The translations under genes and the position numbers were made by a program. Under the pieces are notes generated by a model. It searched no databases. It saw nothing but the letters and a program-made list of their open reading frames with translations, and was not told the origin of the DNA. Shown piece by piece: positions 40,135 through 53,677 of a stretch of 64,000 bases of DNA. Every line of letters starts with the position of its first letter. Position 1 is the first letter of the stretch. Source of the stretch: Adineta vaga (lineage: Eukaryota > Animalia > Rotifera); NCBI GenBank assembly GCA_021613535.1, contig CP075497.1, positions 5,146,001 through 5,210,000 on the forward strand, given 5' to 3'.

Positions 40135-41921
40135 TTAGGATAGAATAAGAAGAGATTTGCGTGGTGAATGGATAAATTCAACACTTGCTGATCGACGTAA
40201 TGAGAGAAGTGGTCCAATTGATTTATGATGGGACGGCTTTTGATGGAGGTTTGTAGATGTTTGAGATGGATTTGAACTTATTATTGAATCAGATAACGGT
40301 TGTTGAAGACGATTATTGGTAAGTGATAAAGCCTGAAATGAATATTTAATTGTAGTTGCTTTTCTTTCTTATTCATTAAAAAAAGGAAAAAATTCATTTA
40401 CTTCGAGTTTGATTGCTTTTTCTTTTGTGAGTAATTCATCTGGAAATGAGATTTGATTTTCTTTGGCTATTTGTCGTAAATCAAAATAATATTTTGCGTA
40501 GATTGATGAAGCAACATCAACATTGAATTGGAAGAACTTGAATATATTCACGTTCTAATTCATTCCTACAAAAAAAAGAAGAAGCAATCATATTGATTCT
40601 CTTTTTCTCAATTAAAATATACTTACATATCATTAACAGTAATTTCCTTTAGAATTTGACAAAAATCAACATTCCATACGGCTTGATCATCCCATACTTT
40701 TGATGCTAACATAATAGCACCTACAGATAACATAAATTAATTCAAAATATTTATATCATAGATTACTAACCAAGTACCAGACGTTTCCAATTTATTGGAC
40801 ATAAATCAAGTTCACCATAACTGAGAAAACGTTCCAAATAAATCTTCAAAGTAAAGAAGAAAACTACATATCGAATGAAATCTCCATAACAAATATTTAC
40901 CAATGTTACAATCGCACATTCAGCGGTTAATTGTGCAGCAGTAAAAAGATTTCGCATGAAACGATAGATGATTTTTTGATCTGGTGTTTGTTTATCATAA
41001 TCATCTGGTAAGAGATCTTTCTATAGAACAGAAATAACACGAAAACAAGAAAAAGGTCAGTTTAATGTAAAATATGAATAACATACACTTAATGGATGAA
41101 GTTTTTCATCAAATATACTCATTGATTTATTTGCTTTTCGATGTAGAATATGTGAATGTATAGCAATACTAACACATTTGATCATAGCTCTTAAATTTGG
41201 TTGAGAAACAGTTGAATCATCTACATAAATAGTTGAACATGAATTTGAATGTTTATGTAATTTAGTTGCATTGATTGAACGATTTTGATCCGTTTGATTT
41301 CGTGGTCGACTTGGTGAAACGGATGATGAAGCAATCAAAGGTGCTCTGTATGGTTTTGCACTAGTTGATACATTTGGATCTAAAGTTTGATTATTGGTTG
41401 CACTAGATGATTTTAATACTATATCATCTGAATTTGTCTAAAAATAGAAAGATTATTGAAAGATTAGGATAAATGTCATTGAAAATTACCACAGGTGGAA
41501 ATGGTGGATATTCTGGTTGTGTTGTTTCTTTCGTTGGATCTATTTTTACAAATGAAACTATGAAAGTATCTATGTAGTGAAATAATGAACTCACGTAAAA
41601 TCGATCGAAATATTGTCGATGTTGTAGGATTATCCGATGGAGCAAGTTCATCATCAACATCTAAAAATCGATGATTATAATTGATTATATTAACTTTTTG
41701 TTTTGAACATACTTATTCCATAGATATCCGAAACATGAATTCCACCATTATCATAAGCTTTAGGAGATAATTCATTTACACGCGTCGTTGAATAATTTTC
41801 GCTAATTGGATAGAAAAAAAAACAGAATATTAAATGAAGACACCTATTTATTTTGATTTTACTTGTATTTATGCGATGTTTTATCACAACAAGAACAGCA
41901 GCAACTGATGATGGCACCCAT
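40135..41921 (-). CDS. CCNY: Cyclin Y
   Basis: [12 protein letters not shown] acylation N-terminus; [89 protein letters not shown]. Confidence 0.95.
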
Positions 41922-42593
41922 CGTTGAGCATATTATTAATTATTACTATGTCCAATATAGGCCATGATTTCTATTGATTTTCTAGATGTAAATATAAACA
42001 AATATAGATTTTGATATCAACTGAATGGTAATAGAGAAGAACTATGATTCATTGATAAACGATGGATTGTTAAAAAAGAAATCCTCTCAAAATTCAAAAG
42101 AAAACATTTTCATGCAATCAATCAAATTTTCATCATATATTTTCGATGAAAATTTCTCTTCTACTTTCAAATTAATTGTTTGTTAATTGAAATTTATTAC
42201 AGATGGCGTTAGTCATCATTTCGCACATTTATACTCTTCAATTTAATCTAGGAAAAATTCATTTCCTTTTATTACTTCTTGATATAAAATGATTGATGGA
42301 TAAAATATCCACCTCTATGTAAGAACGAATGACCTTCAAACCTTATATTTCCAAATATTTCTTCGTTTGATCGAATAGTACAACTACTCTTACATACGAA
42401 AATTATTCATCATAGGTACTTCATAAAGAAAAGTGAGCATCCGATAGTCATACACAATATTTTTTTCGCTTTCCTCTTCATGGCTCAGTGCCTTTGGTTA
42501 TTTTCATTTTGTCATTACGTATCTCTCATTTACCTTTACTTCTCTATATCTCACAGAATTTATCAATAAAAAAATCGATCATATAGGCAAACC

Positions 42594-43155
42594 ATGCAAT
42601 ATTGGATTCTTTCGTTCGTTATTTTAATTTTATTAAGTAAGTGTATAACAAAATGAATCACAAATGAATACAATTTTTTCATTCAAATTTAGTTCCATAT
42701 GTAACAAGTTTAAAATGTTACGTTTGCAATTCAAATGAAGATCCCGCTTGTGATTTTGATGATCAACTAAGTAATTTTGCCAAGCAATGTCCTGAAAAGG
42801 AAGATCCATATTGTCGAAAAATCTCCCAAAAAGGTGAACAAAAAAATTCTAAAATCTAATTCTAAACTCTTTTCTTTTATAGTTGATGGATACATGAGTA
42901 TTATACGAGCATGTGGTTCTAAAATTGGATCAAAATTATGTTATAAAACTGCTGGAACACATACTGTATGAAAAATAGTCATATCAATTATATCTATGAC
43001 GTTGTTGTTTGTTTTTCTTTCTTTTACAGGCAAATGTTTGTTCGTGCAATGACGATCTTTGTAATACTGCCGTTACATTTAATGGACCACAACGATTCAT
43101 GACAATTCTTTCATCAGTTGTTGCTATAACAATTACACTGATTCTTCTTCGTTAA
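42594..43155 (+). CDS. Ly6/uPAR three-finger (quiver/sleepless-like) GPI-anchored protein, 4 exons
   Basis: Signal peptide MQYWILSFVILILL; LKCYVCNSNEDPAC...CPEKEDPYCRKISQKVDG...RACGS...CYK...CSCNDDLCN; hydrophobic C-terminal GPI signal. Confidence 0.85.
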
Positions 43156-43396
43156 TTAGTAACAGAAACACATTATGAAATCAATCGAATTTTGTTTAAA
43201 CACCAGTTTTCATAGGACATACATTTCCTCTTCCCCCTTTTTTTCTATTTTTTTTTGATTTGACACTAATTTTTTGTTTGATTGTCTTTATTTTTCATTT
43301 CCTTTTAGTACGAAATTCTTATTATTTTTATTTTTAGAATAGTTTATTCTTTCAGGAATTTTACAAAAGAAAGAATAGATTACATTATTAGTATGT

Positions 43397-44785
43397 TTAG
43401 TATTCAAAGTCTTCATCATATTTTTCATCGTTATTCTGATTAAGAGAATCGAATAATGATGTCGAGACTGGATATCGAAGTATTGCAATACATCCACCGA
43501 AACCAAGTCGAAATTGTTGTCCTTCAGGTGACCGATCGGTAACGATATGTAAACGAATATTCAAGTCTTTATAATGTTCAGTTAGATAATCAATAAAATT
43601 CATTTCATCGATGCATTCGATCTGTTCACGTTCATTTTCTTTTAGATTCATTTTTAATTTCTTTTGTGCTTCTTCTTCATTATTCGCCACGATGACAATG
43701 ATTTCTCCACCACGTTTTTGATAAACATAACGTTTTGTTATTAAATCTTCCCAAATAATAATTCGATCGATTAAACCACTTCCTTCATTAATAATCAATG
43801 AGGTTTCGTCGACACCAATTGCATATGAAACTGTATTGATATCGTTCATTGTTGACGATAAATTGATTTGAGAAAAAATTTCATTAAGTAATTGTCTTTC
43901 TTGTGTTAATTTCATATCAGCAAAGATATCACTACATAAACGAAGTGTTTCTTGTAATCCATTGTCACCACCATAGCTAACATCGATTGTACGAAGAACT
44001 TTATTTTGAATTTGTAAACCAAGAAGTTCACTTTTAATTAATTCATGTTTTAAATTTGCTGAACCACTTAAAATAAACCCATCAACGTTAGTAAGACCAT
44101 GTTGTTGATTGTTTAAAAAGATGGATTTTGCATTTTCAGCGACTTTCGTTAGATAATTATGAATAGCTTCACGACGTAAACGATCGAAACGAAGAGCTGA
44201 TTGTCCACCGCGACCATGTTTTTTAGGTAAACTAATTTGAAAGCGTTTTAAAACTGTTGTACCTTGTTGAGGATCAACTCGAGCAAATAATGATCCATTG
44301 CCATCAATGACTATAATTCCATATCGACGTGAATTGAAATCATTAGCATTATCCATCAATTGTTTTTGGAGAAAATCTGTTATAAAATGTGATTCACATC
44401 GATATAAACCATGTTGTAAAGGTTGTAATGGTTCAATACACATGGAAATTTTACTTTCACGATGTTGTTCTTCATCATAAACAATACCAGAGTACAGAAC
44501 AAGACCATTGGCAGGTAATGTATTTTGTGTGTATAAACGAAGTCGTCCTTGTGCAGATGATAATGCTTGTTGAACATTATGCCGTGTTTGAGATGATTTA
44601 ATACATGATGATAGACCATATTCATCGGTAAGAAGTTTCATTGTTCGTGATAATTGTGATTGAGCTGGAATAATCATGGTTAGTAGAGATGTACCACGAC
44701 CTCGTAATGACGATAAATATTGAATCGTTCGACGAAGTTTCCATTGTTCGATGAGAATATCATCGTTGGGCATTGATGCAGCCAT
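43397..44785 (-). CDS. Divergent eukaryotic class-1 peptide release factor (eRF1-like paralog), intronless
   Basis: GTS loop, DEYGLSSCIKS (TASNIKS equivalent), YRCESHF (YxCxxxF), PKKHGRGGQSALRF, DVSYGGDNG, TDRSPEGQQFRLGFGGCIAILRY, acidic tail. Confidence 0.93.
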   Translation of the reverse strand: MAASMPNDDILIEQWKLRRTIQYLSSLRGRGTSLLTMIIPAQSQLSRTMKLLTDEYGLSSCIKSSQTRHNVQQALSSAQGRLRLYTQNTLPANGLVLYSGIVYDEEQHRESKISMCIEPLQPLQHGLYRCESHFITDFLQKQLMDNANDFNSRRYGIIVIDGNGSLFARVDPQQGTTVLKRFQISLPKKHGRGGQSALRFDRLRREAIHNYLTKVAENAKSIFLNNQQHGLTNVDGFILSGSANLKHELIKSELLGLQIQNKVLRTIDVSYGGDNGLQETLRLCSDIFADMKLTQERQLLNEIFSQINLSSTMNDINTVSYAIGVDETSLIINEGSGLIDRIIIWEDLITKRYVYQKRGGEIIVIVANNEEEAQKKLKMNLKENEREQIECIDEMNFIDYLTEHYKDLNIRLHIVTDRSPEGQQFRLGFGGCIAILRYPVSTSLFDSLNQNNDEKYDEDFEY

Positions 44786-45621
44786 TGAAAAATATAATAA
44801 TTCGATTGATAATTTGTTTTATGATGATAGAACTGATGTTCATCATGCTTTTTTATAGTCGAGAATGAGATCAAGGAATCGTTTAGCACGTGGAATGTAA
44901 TAACAAAATTTCAGAGTTTCATAAGGTGAAATACTTATGAAATTCTCATGTTATATACGGTGAAATGTTATTGCGAAATTATCGTAGAGAACAGAACAAA
45001 AGGAAAGAAGAGGAAAGGAAAATATTTTTATGATTAAAATTTATCGTTCTCTTTACCAGCCGAAATAATTGTAGAAAATACTACAAAAGTACAAATCTTG
45101 CTGAGATTTAGGTTCTATGACGATAGATTTAATGAATTTTACTAAATAATTCCACGTGGTCTATCAACTCGAAGATCTTTCTCAATATTCTAAACATTTC
45201 AGTCAAATAGTTTGTAGTAAAAAAAATTCATTTGAAACTTTAATCAATCTTATCTCTAGATAAAAAAAAGTAGATGAGTACCTCTATAGAATTCCGATGT
45301 GTATCAAATATGCCTAAACTTGAAATTTTAACAGTAACAATCATGCCATTTCTTTTCACGGTTCACAAAAACGAAAAAAAAGAAGCTAGCTGCTGTACAG
45401 ACACACATGACGACAACAACAACAACGACGACGACGACAAGGAAATGGGAAAAGACAAAACCAGAAACCTGAGTTAAAAACAAACAAAACACAAGAGCAC
45501 CAACGGAGAAGAAAAAAGGAGAGAGAGAAACAAAACGAAAGGAATGCATTCTCATCATCGCATTAGTTTGTTTTCAAGATATGAAAGACCATAGTGGAGT
45601 AAATTGAATTTGTTCATTCTC

Positions 45622-47584
45622 TCAAGATTCACTTTTAATTATTGTTGATGATGGTGATGATGTTATCGGTTTTCCGACATCAGTCATGTCCATTGAATAT
45701 GGATGAAAATCATAACGTCGTCGTTGACGTGCAGCACCTCCACTATTCACCATGGTTGGACTTGCTTGTGTATGATACATATGTGTACCTGTATGAACTT
45801 TTAAATTACCTTTAGTTGTAAATGCTCGACCACAAACCTAGGAAACAAAAATGAAACTTTCTTCCTCGAAATTCATCAAAAAAACAAATCTTACTTCACA
45901 TTTATATGGTTTTTCACCCGTATGTGTTCGATTATGTATTTGTAAAGCTGAAGCAGATGAGAAATTTTTTGAGCAAACATTACAAACATGTTGTAAGATT
46001 GATGAGGATCGTCTTAGATGATTTTTTTCATTCGTTCCTAATGATTCATCTATTAACATTTTCGATGACATTGATAGATCTTCTCCATTATCATTCATAC
46101 CATTATCTTTATGTTCATCATGTACGGATGTATTTGAATTATTCAATGCTGCAGCAGCAGCAAGAAATGGAAATGTACTAGCAGCTAGATTTGGAAAGAA
46201 TTGAGGATTAAATAAATTAAATGGTGATAAATGATTTGTTAAGTTTCCATTTGAATATGTTGATGCTGCAGCTGCTATAGCAGCAGCTAATGAATTGGAA
46301 ATTGCCGAAGATTTTGTATCTTCATCTTCTTCAAGTTCATCATTTTTAACTGATTGACTATCACGCTTTTCATGAGAAGAAAAGAAAAATCAAAATTAAA
46401 TTTCAAAATAATTTTGTTTTTCTACATACTTGAATATCGATTTGTGATTCATCATCTGCACTCGATAATGATCGTTCCGAATCAATTGTACGTAAAGCTT
46501 CTTCAGCTAATGATGCATTATTTGGATCAACTAAGAGTAAAACGAAAAACTGATTTTTTATTTTTATAAGAATAAATTGCTCGTATTTACCAAGATGATC
46601 TTTCAAATGTAAACGTAATTGTTCAATATTATTCAATTGTTTTTGACATATTGAACATCGATTAGATTTAATTAAACCATTATCCTCAGCAAGTCGATGA
46701 ACATTCATATGTGTTTTAAGATTTCCTTTAGTAGAAAATGCTCGAGCACATATTCGACACCGAAATGGTCGTTCACCAGTATGTGTACGATAATGCATTT
46801 TTAATGCACTTTGACATGAAAGTATACGTTTACAAACGACACATTCATTCGAATCACTTTTATTTGTTGTTCGCTCAAGTTGATCAATCATATCTTTTAA
46901 TTTTGCCATATTTGGATCTTCTGGTTCACCTTCATGTTCTTCCATTTGAAATTGAATCGATGATGAAATTGGTTGTTCTTCATCAGATTTAATTGAAGTC
47001 GAAGAAAAATGATCACTTGTAGATAAATCTAATGGTGATGTGACAGATCTTTGATCTTCTTCAGTTTGAATTATTAATCCACCTCGATCTTCTTCGTCAT
47101 CATCATCGTCATCTTCCTCCTCTTCTTCATTATTGTTATTATTGTCACCAATATTGTCGTCGTCATCATCATCATCATTATTGTTTTCAATTGAAATAGT
47201 TGATGTTATTTTGGTTAATTTATCTTGATGTTGTTGAAGATGAACTTTTAAATTTGAACGCGAAGTAAATTTTTGCGAACAAATAGTACATGAATATTGT
47301 TGTGATGAAAGATTTTCTAAGAAGAAAACAAGTTAAAATTCAAAATCTACATAAAGATTTAAAAAAAGTCTACCTTCATTTTCAAATTGATTGTGTTTTT
47401 GTTGATAAACTTTCAAATGGTGTTGAAATTGTTTGATCATTAATGTTTGTAAACGTTGTTGTTCTTGTATAGCTGCTAATTGAATTTTTAATTGAAATAA
47501 TTCCGGATCGAGATTTTCGCCTTTTGAATGGTTCATATTTATATCATGTAATGTTTGCATTCGATTATCATTATCATGTGACAT
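45622..47584 (-). CDS. SALL: Spalt-like (SALL) C2H2 zinc-finger transcription factor
   Basis: Q-rich segment; double fingers [45 protein letters not shown] and [45 protein letters not shown] (SAL box); an upstream exon is possible. Confidence 0.9.
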
Positions 47585-50216
47585 TCTATTTTGAGAAAAA
47601 AGTAAACAAAACAAGAAATTAGTCGAGATGTTTTTTGTCTACCTATTATGAAATATTAACGAATCAATAAAAGAAAACATGAGATGAAAAAAAACAACAA
47701 CAACAATAACGAAAAGACGACGAGGAAAATGAAATGAAGAAAAACTAGAGATAGAGACGCGCGATTATTGTTTATTAGAAACGGCCGTCTACTGCTAGAA
47801 GAAAACAGCTGATCTCTTTTTTTTCTTTTCGAACGAGATATGTATATTATATTATATATAGATATATATATGTATATGAAATCCATATCTCGATTTCACA
47901 CGCACATGGTAAACATTCGAGGACAAATATCAAATTGATTTCAATCAGCTGGATGTGTCAATCTCTATTTTAAACATTTTAGAATATTCTCTTTCTCGAT
48001 CGATCCAATCACTAATACTTACATATTCATTCTGATCAAAATAAATGTTTGCATCGCGCCCCTATTACATTATCTTTTTCTATATACATATACATATATA
48101 TATACACCCAAATCTATCTATCTTATTCCTAATGCATGAATTATATTCAATAAAAACATTGTTGGCTCTTTTTCTTCGCTTTTTTTATATCAATGTTCTC
48201 TATCTATGCACATATTATTTTGATTGCGTGTTTCGCCTTCTAGAACGGGCATATAAACGAACGGACGCAAAGAAACAATAATATCTATGAATATAAGCCA
48301 ACAATCGTTTCTTCTTCTTCTTCTTCTTCTTCTCTTGTCTCAAACACTCCATCCAACAACGTAGGAAAGTTTGTTTTCGATTAAAATATCGATACACAAA
48401 CGTATCTCGCTTCGCTTAATAATAATAAAGAAAGAGAGAGAGAGAGAGGAAGAAACTACATTGAAAGGAAAGCAAAAAAAAACTAAAGAAGATTAATCAA
48501 CATATAAAATAGATAATAGCAGTCTAATATCTACTAATGCGATATAATACTACAAATGTATACACGTACCCAGACTAGGAGAATTTACTTGAATAGAAAT
48601 CAATGGACAGCAGCAGCAAAGAACATATGAAAAGGAGAAGAAGAGAAAAAAAGAAAGTCGTTTATAGCCATATGCCTTATATTCCAATCGAGCGAATTTA
48701 TGAAAGCAAATATGAGCATACTCTTCATCTCTACAGACATTTATGATTATGGTATTGCAATGAAATGACAACAACGTCGATTGAGAGAAAGATATATATA
48801 TATATAATTCTTCATCATAATAAGACGAGAAAGAAAGATATAGACATAAAGAGAAACTCATAAAAACATATAAATCAGTCAGAAGAGAGATGATAGATAA
48901 TCGATTTATTAAATCATCGAAATATGTTATACATTTCTATGAAAAAAGAAAAACAGTTTTCTTTTTCTTTTTACTTAATATATATATATATAAACGGAAT
49001 TTTAATAAGAAGAAAATTTTTTATGACTGAATTTTTTTTTCCGAGTAAATATATGATATCACTTAATCGGATAAGAGAATTAATAAAATTTTATTGTTAA
49101 ATATTCTCATTGGGAATTCTTACCTTCTTCTTCTTCTTATTCTTTAATATACCAGAGAAAAAAAATCGTATGCTTCTGTCTCTAAATGCTGACTATTCTC
49201 AATAATATTACAATGATCAATATATATATAGTTATTGTTTTTCGAGACGAAGCAAATGCACACGCGAACTATAATCCATGAATAGTGTATGCATGCGCAA
49301 ACGCTAATAATGTTGATACAAGGCTTTATGAATTGATATATACATACACACGTCGTAGCAAAATTGTATTTATATTTTAGTATCATATCTAGTTGAATAT
49401 CTCCTTAAATGTCATCACAATCTTACCTCATTGATGTGCGAAACTCAAATCAATTCTTGTTTTAGATAGAAATGTTAAGTAATTATGTTGAACATACGAA
49501 ATAGAGAGGAGGAGAAGAAGAAAAAGAAGAGGCTCATCATCAAATACAAAAATGAGGGATAAACGAACTAAAATGCTCAGTAAAAGATTAACATGCTTGT
49601 GCACATTATTTGAAAAAGAGAAAAGAAGAGAAAAAAAAATTTCATTCATCGGCTTTTTTTTGTGTCTTGTTAGAAATGCACGTTCTCTGTTTCTTTCTCT
49701 CTCTCTCTCTTTCTTATTTTATATGTTAACAAGCCTTCGAAACGATCATCTTAATCATTATCATTTGTACAAATTCCTAATTATATTTTACTGATGACTT
49801 TGTCCATATGTTGCCGTTTCATAGATATACATGTAGGAAACAGCATGAGCTTCTGTCCCTTCGTTTTTTTTGCGCTTTAAATACATACCCTAATGCGAAA
49901 AAAATTTTCTTCTGAAAATAAAAAGAAGAAATAATCTATTCTCTATCGTATATGTTCGATGGTCAACAATTGTTTTTCCTCCCTCTCTCTCTTTCCTTTT
50001 TCATCGGTCATTTGCAAATCTGTTGCTGCTTCTCATATATATATATATATGCATATATATGTATATATTTTTTAATATTTAAACAAGAAAGCAAGCAACA
50101 GATGTCGATATGTCCAAGAAGGCGACGATAGCCAATGCCGCTTTCGTTTATATAAATATATATATATATATGCGCATAAATCTAATTATAAATAGAGATG
50201 AGATTTGACAACATAA

Positions 50217-50240
50217 ATATATATATATATATATATATAT
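50217..50240. repeat. (AT)n microsatellite within a repeat-rich non-coding region upstream of SALL
   Basis: atatatatatatatatatatatat; many further (AT), (GA) and (CTT) tracts across 47600-50400. Confidence 0.85.
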
Positions 50241-50856
50241 TCAATAATATGATCTTCAATACATATATGTCTGTTTCATCGTATATTGACATTCGCCTTT
50301 TCTGCGTTCTTTTTTATTTACCGATGGCCTTTGGACGAAGTATATAGAAGAGAAAGAAAAAGATTAATTAGAATGAAGATAGAGATTAATATTTGCGCGT
50401 GCTTGCTTCTACTTTGACAAATCATAATTCATGTTTAATTCAATAAAGGTCATTGCTGTGTATGTATGTTTAAATAAAATGCAAAATAGCTCAATGAACT
50501 TCAGGTCATTTTATCGATAAAATCACAATTGATGACTAATGTACTGAAGTCAGATTGACTCATCTCATACACTTGATGTTATTGAGTTGAAGTGATGAAA
50601 TCTACAAACGCAGTTTGTTTTTGCACAAAAACATTCCTATTCATTACCTTAAGAAAATATGCGTATTACTTTGTAAATACACAGATATCTGATGTAATTG
50701 TTATTCATCGGTATGTCGCGTGTGATTAAACTTGTTGTTTTCTTCACGCTGACAAGATGTCGAGTAACCAAAAGAAACGAACGAAAAAAAACAATATAAA
50801 ATGTACGACAATTTTTATACTGTATTAGTTTCTTTTTGTAATTTACAATAAATCTT

Positions 50857-53059
50857 ATGACAGCGACACAAAAAGATATTCAATTATTAATTGAATGTTG
50901 TATCTGTTGTGATTATTTGACGGATGTTCGTGAAACTCCTTGTTGTCATCAATTGTTTTGTTTAATATGCATACAATCGTGGCTTCAAACATCGACAAAA
51001 ACCTGTCCTAGATGTCGGTCAACAGATTTAACTGAACAAAGTTTAATGAATAATGTTGTTATTCAACGTTTTGTTGATAATTTACAATTTGATTGTCCAC
51101 ATAAACTACAAGGTTGTCCAGCGAAAGTTCCACGATGTGATTTAGTCATACACAAACATGTGCCTATTCTCCAGAAAAAATCGATCATAAACATCGACAA
51201 CGAATCGAAGAATTACGAAATTTATTAAAAGAATATCGATCCAAAAAAAATAAAACAACCGGTCAAATGTTTTATGATTTAGCGAAGTTATTTTATAATG
51301 AACATGAATTGAAATATGCAAGAGAATGTTTACAATTAATTCAGCAAAAAAAACATTTTCCACAAATGATTTTTCTTCAAGCACAAATTGAACGTGATGA
51401 TAATCATTATGAACAAGCATTTGAATTATTCACCGAAGCTTTAACTCGAGCAAATTCGGATTTAAAACGTATTGAAATTCTTTTAGCACAAGGATATTTA
51501 TATGTGAAAAATGCTCGATATAATCAAGCCAAACATTCATTCAAACAAGCACTTGATCTTTTACAAACTGATGATCAATCTCAAACAAAAGCAGAAATTC
51601 TAAATGCTTTTGGTCTTGTAGCAAAAAAATGTTCTGAAGTAAGGAAGACTCTTTGTTTTTGTAGAAAAAAAAACACACACACACAACATTTTCTTATCTT
51701 TTATGTTTGGTTTAAAGTATGATCAAGCTATTATATCGTATAATAACGCACTTGACATAGTTGATATACATTCTGACCTTTGGTCTGATATTATATCTAA
51801 TCTAGCAGGTAAATAATTTCCATAGTTTCACCCATTAATATTATCGAATTAATTTTGAAGATATTCATCGAAAGAAAGGAAATTACAATGAAGCTCGAGA
51901 TTTATATTTAAAATCTCTTGAGCAAATGGAATCTCTCTACGGACAAAATCATCCATCAATTGCTGATATTATGAATAATCTTGGTATGTTATTGAAGAAA
52001 GAAGGCAAATATAATGAAGCATTAGATTATTTCAAACAAGCAGTTAAAATTGCGAAACATTATTATGGACAAGAACATTCAAGTATTGGAATGTATCTAA
52101 CAAATATTGGTGATATACAGCGAAAAGTATGTTTTGTTCTTTTTTTTTATAAAAGATTTCCTGTGATTTTTTTAACTTAAAGCAGCAAGGTGATTATAAA
52201 ACAGCTGAAGCGACTTATAAGGAAGCATTGACTTCGTTAGAAAAATCATTTGGACCAAATCATATTGAAGTTGCTGAAGTTCTTAATTCCATGGGTTTAG
52301 TTTTAAAAAAACGAGCTGATTATACTAATGCTGAACTATATTATAAACGTGCAATTCAAATTGTACATGATACATTTGGTCATGATCAAGAACATTATAA
52401 ATTAGGTATTTATTATAATAATCTTGCTGATTTAGATCGCAAACGAAATCGTTTCTCTGATGCATTACAACTTTATCAACGTGCACTATCGGCTATTGAA
52501 AAACGCTTGGTACAGAACATTCTGAAGCTGCAGAAATTCTACATAATATTGGTCAAGTTCAACATCAACTTGGTTTGTTATTTTTCAATTTTATTTAAAC
52601 TTCTCTTAGAATCTATGAGTCATTTTAGGAAATTATGAACAAGCAATTGAATATATTAATCGTGCATTAGTTATCATACAAAAAGAATTCGGTACTAAAC
52701 ATTACAAATATGGAATGTTTCTTAATTCTCTTGGTTTAGCATATGCTATGTTAAATGATTATGAAACAGCGTATAAACATATGAAAGAAGCATTACAAAT
52801 TTTATTAATTACATTAGGATCTGGACATATTGAAGTTTGTGATGTATATTCGAATCTCGGTGATATATGTATGAAACTTGTAGCTGAATCTGAACAGAAG
52901 AAGTTGAAAAATAATGATAAACAAATGAAATTAGATGAAGCAAGAAAATATTATACTGAAGCACAACGAATTGTTCAAGCAACATTTGGAACAGAACATA
53001 CAAAAGCAAAACAGTTTATGTCACTGCTATTTATTGTTGATAATTATAGTTCTTTTTAA
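50857..53059 (+). CDS. RING finger + TRAF-like Zn finger + kinesin-light-chain-type TPR protein (two apparent 1-nt frameshifts)
   Basis: CCICCDYLTDVRETPCCHQLFCLICIQSWLQTSTKTCPRC; CPHKLQGC..H..C; repeated GxxHP/IADIMNNLG TPRs; frame breaks at about 51156 and 52503. Confidence 0.8.
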
Positions 53060-53241
53060 GAGATAATCAATGAATAAAAATAAACGATCGTAACCTTGAC
53101 AGAAAAATCATATCATATATCATCGAAGCATCTTTTGATGACACTTGGATATCAGAATTCTGATAATAATCTTGAGAAATCATTTCTAATATGTTGCTAT
53201 ATATTTATTTTGTTCTATAGATGAAATAGAAATACATGCAA

Positions 53242-53499
53242 TTAAAAACGTTGTTTATAGAATTGTGTTGTCATTGTTGATGTCGATGTTCGTTTAATTA
53301 AACCGAATTTTTCTAACCAATCTAAACGAATTTGTGGCATTGTTGTCGGTCGTTGATAGGGTGGAGTTATTCTTGTTGTATTCACAAATAGATCATCATG
53401 TTTCTGAATAGTTCGACGAGAATGATTGGGATAAAATACTTTATAAAAACAAGCCAATAATGAATACAAAATAAAAATGACTATACGCCAAATGTTCAT
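53242..53499 (-). CDS. Small protein with N-terminal signal/anchor
   Basis: 85-aa ORF with hydrophobic N-terminus MNIWRIVIFILYSLLACFY. Confidence 0.5.
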   Translation of the reverse strand: MNIWRIVIFILYSLLACFYKVFYPNHSRRTIQKHDDLFVNTTRITPPYQRPTTMPQIRLDWLEKFGLIKRTSTSTMTTQFYKQRF

Positions 53500-53677
53500 T
53501 TTGTTGAAAGTAATCCAATGAAACGAAAAGAATCTCTTATCGAACGTCTATGAAGGTAAGGATAGATAAACACATTCTTGTGAAGAAAATGTCAAGGTAT
53601 CACGTGTTCAAATATCTTATGAATGAATGTTCATCGTCAAGATTTCAAATTTATTAAAGAAGAAAGAAAAAAAAGAG

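Noticed and set aside
47656-49794. Numerous 60-100 aa ORFs upstream of SALL
   Set aside because: Derived from microsatellite-rich non-coding DNA with no coding codon pattern
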